This document shows, one piece after another, positions 62,065 to 64,000 of a stretch of 64,000 nt of DNA (position 1 is its first letter; every line of letters starts with the position of its first letter). Made by a program: the position numbers and the translations under genes. The DNA is taken from the NCBI GenBank assembly GCA_021789495.1, contig JAJYJM010000009.1:4004-68003 (forward strand), written 5' to 3'. Source of the DNA: Nitrospirota bacterium. Its GTDB lineage: Bacteria > Nitrospirota > JACRHJ01. The notes beneath the pieces are model-generated. The model was not told the origin of the DNA and did no database searches. It saw only the letters and a list, made by a program, of their open reading frames with translations.

Positions 62065-63317
62065 TCTCTTATCTGCCCCGAACCCATCACGATGAATCTC
62101 TGCGTCGTAAGCTCTTCCAGGCCCATCGGGCCGCGGGCGTGTATGCGCGTCGTGCTTATTCCTATCTCCGCGCCCAGGCCGAACTGCCCGCCGTCGTTGA
62201 GCCTCGTCGAGGCGTTCACGAATACCGCGGACGCGTCCACCTCCCGGAGGAACCTCTGCGCATTGGTATAATTCTCCGTAACAATCGCCTCGGAATGCTG
62301 GGAGCCGTATTTCCCGATGTGCTCCATGGCCTCATCCATGCTCTCGACTACCTTGAGGTTCATGGCGAGGTCATTGTATTCTTTGTACCAGTCCTCCTCT
62401 TTTGCAACAGAGAGGCCCTTCACGAGCTTCCTGGCTTTTGCATCCGCGATAATCTTTACCTTCGCGGCCTTGAGGTCTTTGGTTATCCAGGGCAGGAATT
62501 CTTCCGCGATTGCCGAATGCGCAAGCAGGCACTCCATCGCGTTGCACGTGCCGGGGCGCTGAACCTTCGCGTTCATGCAGATGTCGTGCGCCATGTCGAG
62601 GTTTGCGAACTCGTCCACGTATGTATGGCAGACGCCTTTGTCGTGCTTGATGACGGGTATGCGGGAGTTCTCCGTAACCATCTTTATCAGGCCCTCGCCG
62701 CCCCTGGGGATGATGAGGTCGATATATTTATCCTGCTTCAGCATCTCAAGCACGGCCTGCCTGTCCGTCATCTCTATGAAGCTCACGGCCTCTTTCGGGA
62801 TGCCTGCGTCTTTGAGCGAGTCCTGGAGGATTTTAACAATAGCCGTGTTCGAGTTTACCGCCTCGGAGCCACCCCTTAGTATCACTCCGTTCCCGGACTT
62901 AAGGCACAGGGCGGCGGAGTCGGCGGTTACGTTCGGGCGCGATTCGTAGACGATGCCGATGAGGCCGATTGGAACCCTGATTCTCCCCACCTCCATCCCG
63001 TTCGGGCGCTTCCATATCTTAGTAATCTCGCCCACCGGGTCGGGCAGGGCGGCAATCTCCCGAAGGCCATGCGCCATCGCCTCTATGCGCGAAGGGTTAA
63101 GGGTAAGCCTGTCCAGCATAGCCCTGCTTAAGCCCTTCTTCTCGCCCTCCGTGATGTCCTTGTAGTTCTCCTTTACGAGATGCGCCTGTGCCGCAATGAG
63201 CCTGTCCGCCATCGTAAGAAGCGCCTTGTTCTTCGCCTTCGCGGGCGTGTTGGCAAGCCTCTTCGAGGCTTCCTTCGCCTTCTGCGCGGTCTTTGATACG
63301 TAGGATTTTATGTCCAT
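62061..63317 (-). CDS. proA: Gamma-glutamyl phosphate reductase
   Basis: 418 aa of the aldehyde dehydrogenase fold, including VYESRPNVT and the catalytic Cys in GTCNAMECLL. It overlaps the nadD start by 4 nt. Confidence 0.95.
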   Translation of the reverse strand: MDIKSYVSKTAQKAKEASKRLANTPAKAKNKALLTMADRLIAAQAHLVKENYKDITEGEKKGLSRAMLDRLTLNPSRIEAMAHGLREIAALPDPVGEITKIWKRPNGMEVGRIRVPIGLIGIVYESRPNVTADSAALCLKSGNGVILRGGSEAVNSNTAIVKILQDSLKDAGIPKEAVSFIEMTDRQAVLEMLKQDKYIDLIIPRGGEGLIKMVTENSRIPVIKHDKGVCHTYVDEFANLDMAHDICMNAKVQRPGTCNAMECLLAHSAIAEEFLPWITKDLKAAKVKIIADAKARKLVKGLSVAKEEDWYKEYNDLAMNLKVVESMDEAMEHIGKYGSQHSEAIVTENYTNAQRFLREVDASAVFVNASTRLNDGGQFGLGAEIGISTTRIHARGPMGLEELTTQRFIVMGSGQIRE

Positions 63318-63358
63318 GAAACCTCCGGTTATGCTACTTTCTTCCTGTCTTTTACAGA

Positions 63359-63595
63359 TTAAGATAACTTCTCCAGCAACTCGAAATACCTTTCTCTTGA
63401 AATTCCCGCCGTCGTTAAATTTGTCTTTATATGCGTTACCGGAACATTGCGCGGACTTGATTTTATAACTACCGGACGCATAATTCCCGGTTTCGTCATG
63501 ACTATATGGTCGCCCTTTGTTCTTGAGATTGTAAAGCCTTCTTTCTCGAATATTCTGATTAATATCTCGTAATGGATTGGGATTATTTTCGGCAT
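63359..63595 (-). CDS. hicA: HicA-like type II toxin (YcfA family mRNA interferase)
   Basis: 78 aa. LIRIFEKEGFTISRTKGDHIVMTKPG is the HicA dsRBD-like core with the catalytic His. It lies 2 nt downstream of the hicB-like gene. Confidence 0.7.
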   Translation of the reverse strand: MPKIIPIHYEILIRIFEKEGFTISRTKGDHIVMTKPGIMRPVVIKSSPRNVPVTHIKTNLTTAGISRERYFELLEKLS

Positions 63596-63597
63596 TT

Positions 63598-63864
63598 TTA
63601 TACCGCGAAACTCAGTTCTTTCTCGGCAACAGGCTTACGGGCTGTCCAGGTGTCGCCGTCCATATAAAATCCTGCTTCGGCCAATACCTGCTCCAGCGTC
63701 CCCATTTTCTGACACTCTTCCAGAAATAACGTTATCGCTTCCTGAGTCGATGCCTCCGCCTCTTCGGGATTATCGCCGAAGCTCGAAACATTTAACTCCG
63801 GGCAAAGTCCCACGAACTGGCCGTCTTCCTTGAATATTTCGAGATGAACTTTTATCTTAAGCAT
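63598..63864 (-). CDS. hicB: HicB-like (UPF0150) antitoxin
   Basis: 88 aa. VHLEIFKEDGQFVGLCPELNVSSFGDNPEEAEASTQEAITLFLEE matches the HicB N-terminal RNase-H-like fold signature. It has no C-terminal DNA-binding domain. Confidence 0.65.
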   Translation of the reverse strand: MLKIKVHLEIFKEDGQFVGLCPELNVSSFGDNPEEAEASTQEAITLFLEECQKMGTLEQVLAEAGFYMDGDTWTARKPVAEKELSFAV

Positions 63865-64000
63865 TTTCGGCTCCTTCCTGTTTTTTACCGTATCTTAGTT
63901 TTTTACTATCAATCCCGCCGCAAGTCAAGATAAAACAAATAATTCATATATTTACAGTTATTATGCCGAAGGCGACCATGGCCATGCCGACAATTATTCT

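Noticed and set aside
63944-64000. Possible 3' end of a minus-strand membrane-protein gene at the window edge (...RIIVGMAMVAFGIITVNI-stop)
   Set aside because: Only 18 codons are visible. That is too little to support a call.

Overview
This 64-kb window comes from a GC-rich bacterium, roughly 55-62% GC in coding DNA by hand counts of sample lines. It is probably a diderm, because it carries lapB, lgt/lspA and a sigma54-dependent activator. I cannot assign a taxon from the sequence alone.

Most of the window is conserved housekeeping:
- fchA-like/folD
- ileS-lspA-TPR-lgt
- tRNA(CAT)-tilS-hpt ... ftsH-folP-cdaA-(membrane protein)-cdaR-glmM
- comEC
- DUF4912 plus a GH57 branching enzyme
- aspS, rluB, guaB, icd-like, comM/yifB, comF, gpmI, lapB
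- proA-nadD-rsfS-rlmH

The standout is an accessory block of about 12 kb on the minus strand (37987-49907). An NtrC-type sigma54 activator sits at one end and a REC-histidine kinase hybrid at the other. Between them, a textbook -24/-12 promoter (TGGCAC-N5-TTGC) lies upstream of five tightly packed genes:
- a 73-aa leaderless helical protein
- three Sec-signal, Thr/Ser/Asn/Gly-rich proteins built from DUF11-type repeats (611, 163 and about 433 aa)
- a 1607-aa protein that joins Cna-B/SdrD-like, DUF11-like and Ig-like modules to a C-terminal region of about 750 aa with a clear outer-membrane beta-strand pattern

I read this as a candidate uncharacterised cell-surface fibre or adhesin assembly module under two-component/sigma54 control.

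Other observations:
- a modular family of hairpin (MITE/REP-like) intergenic repeats that also supply the 3' ends of some genes
- a tRNA(CAT) whose terminator hairpin contains the Shine-Dalgarno of tilS
- low-GC patches inside ileS
- a low-GC gene translationally coupled to an FHA gene
- an AT-rich islet carrying a LITAF-like zinc-ribbon membrane protein and an orphan RHH protein
- a hicAB pair
- an rsfS with no canonical start codon
- several perfect palindromes

No CRISPR array, rRNA, transposase or integrase was seen. All family assignments come from motif recognition by eye, not from searches.
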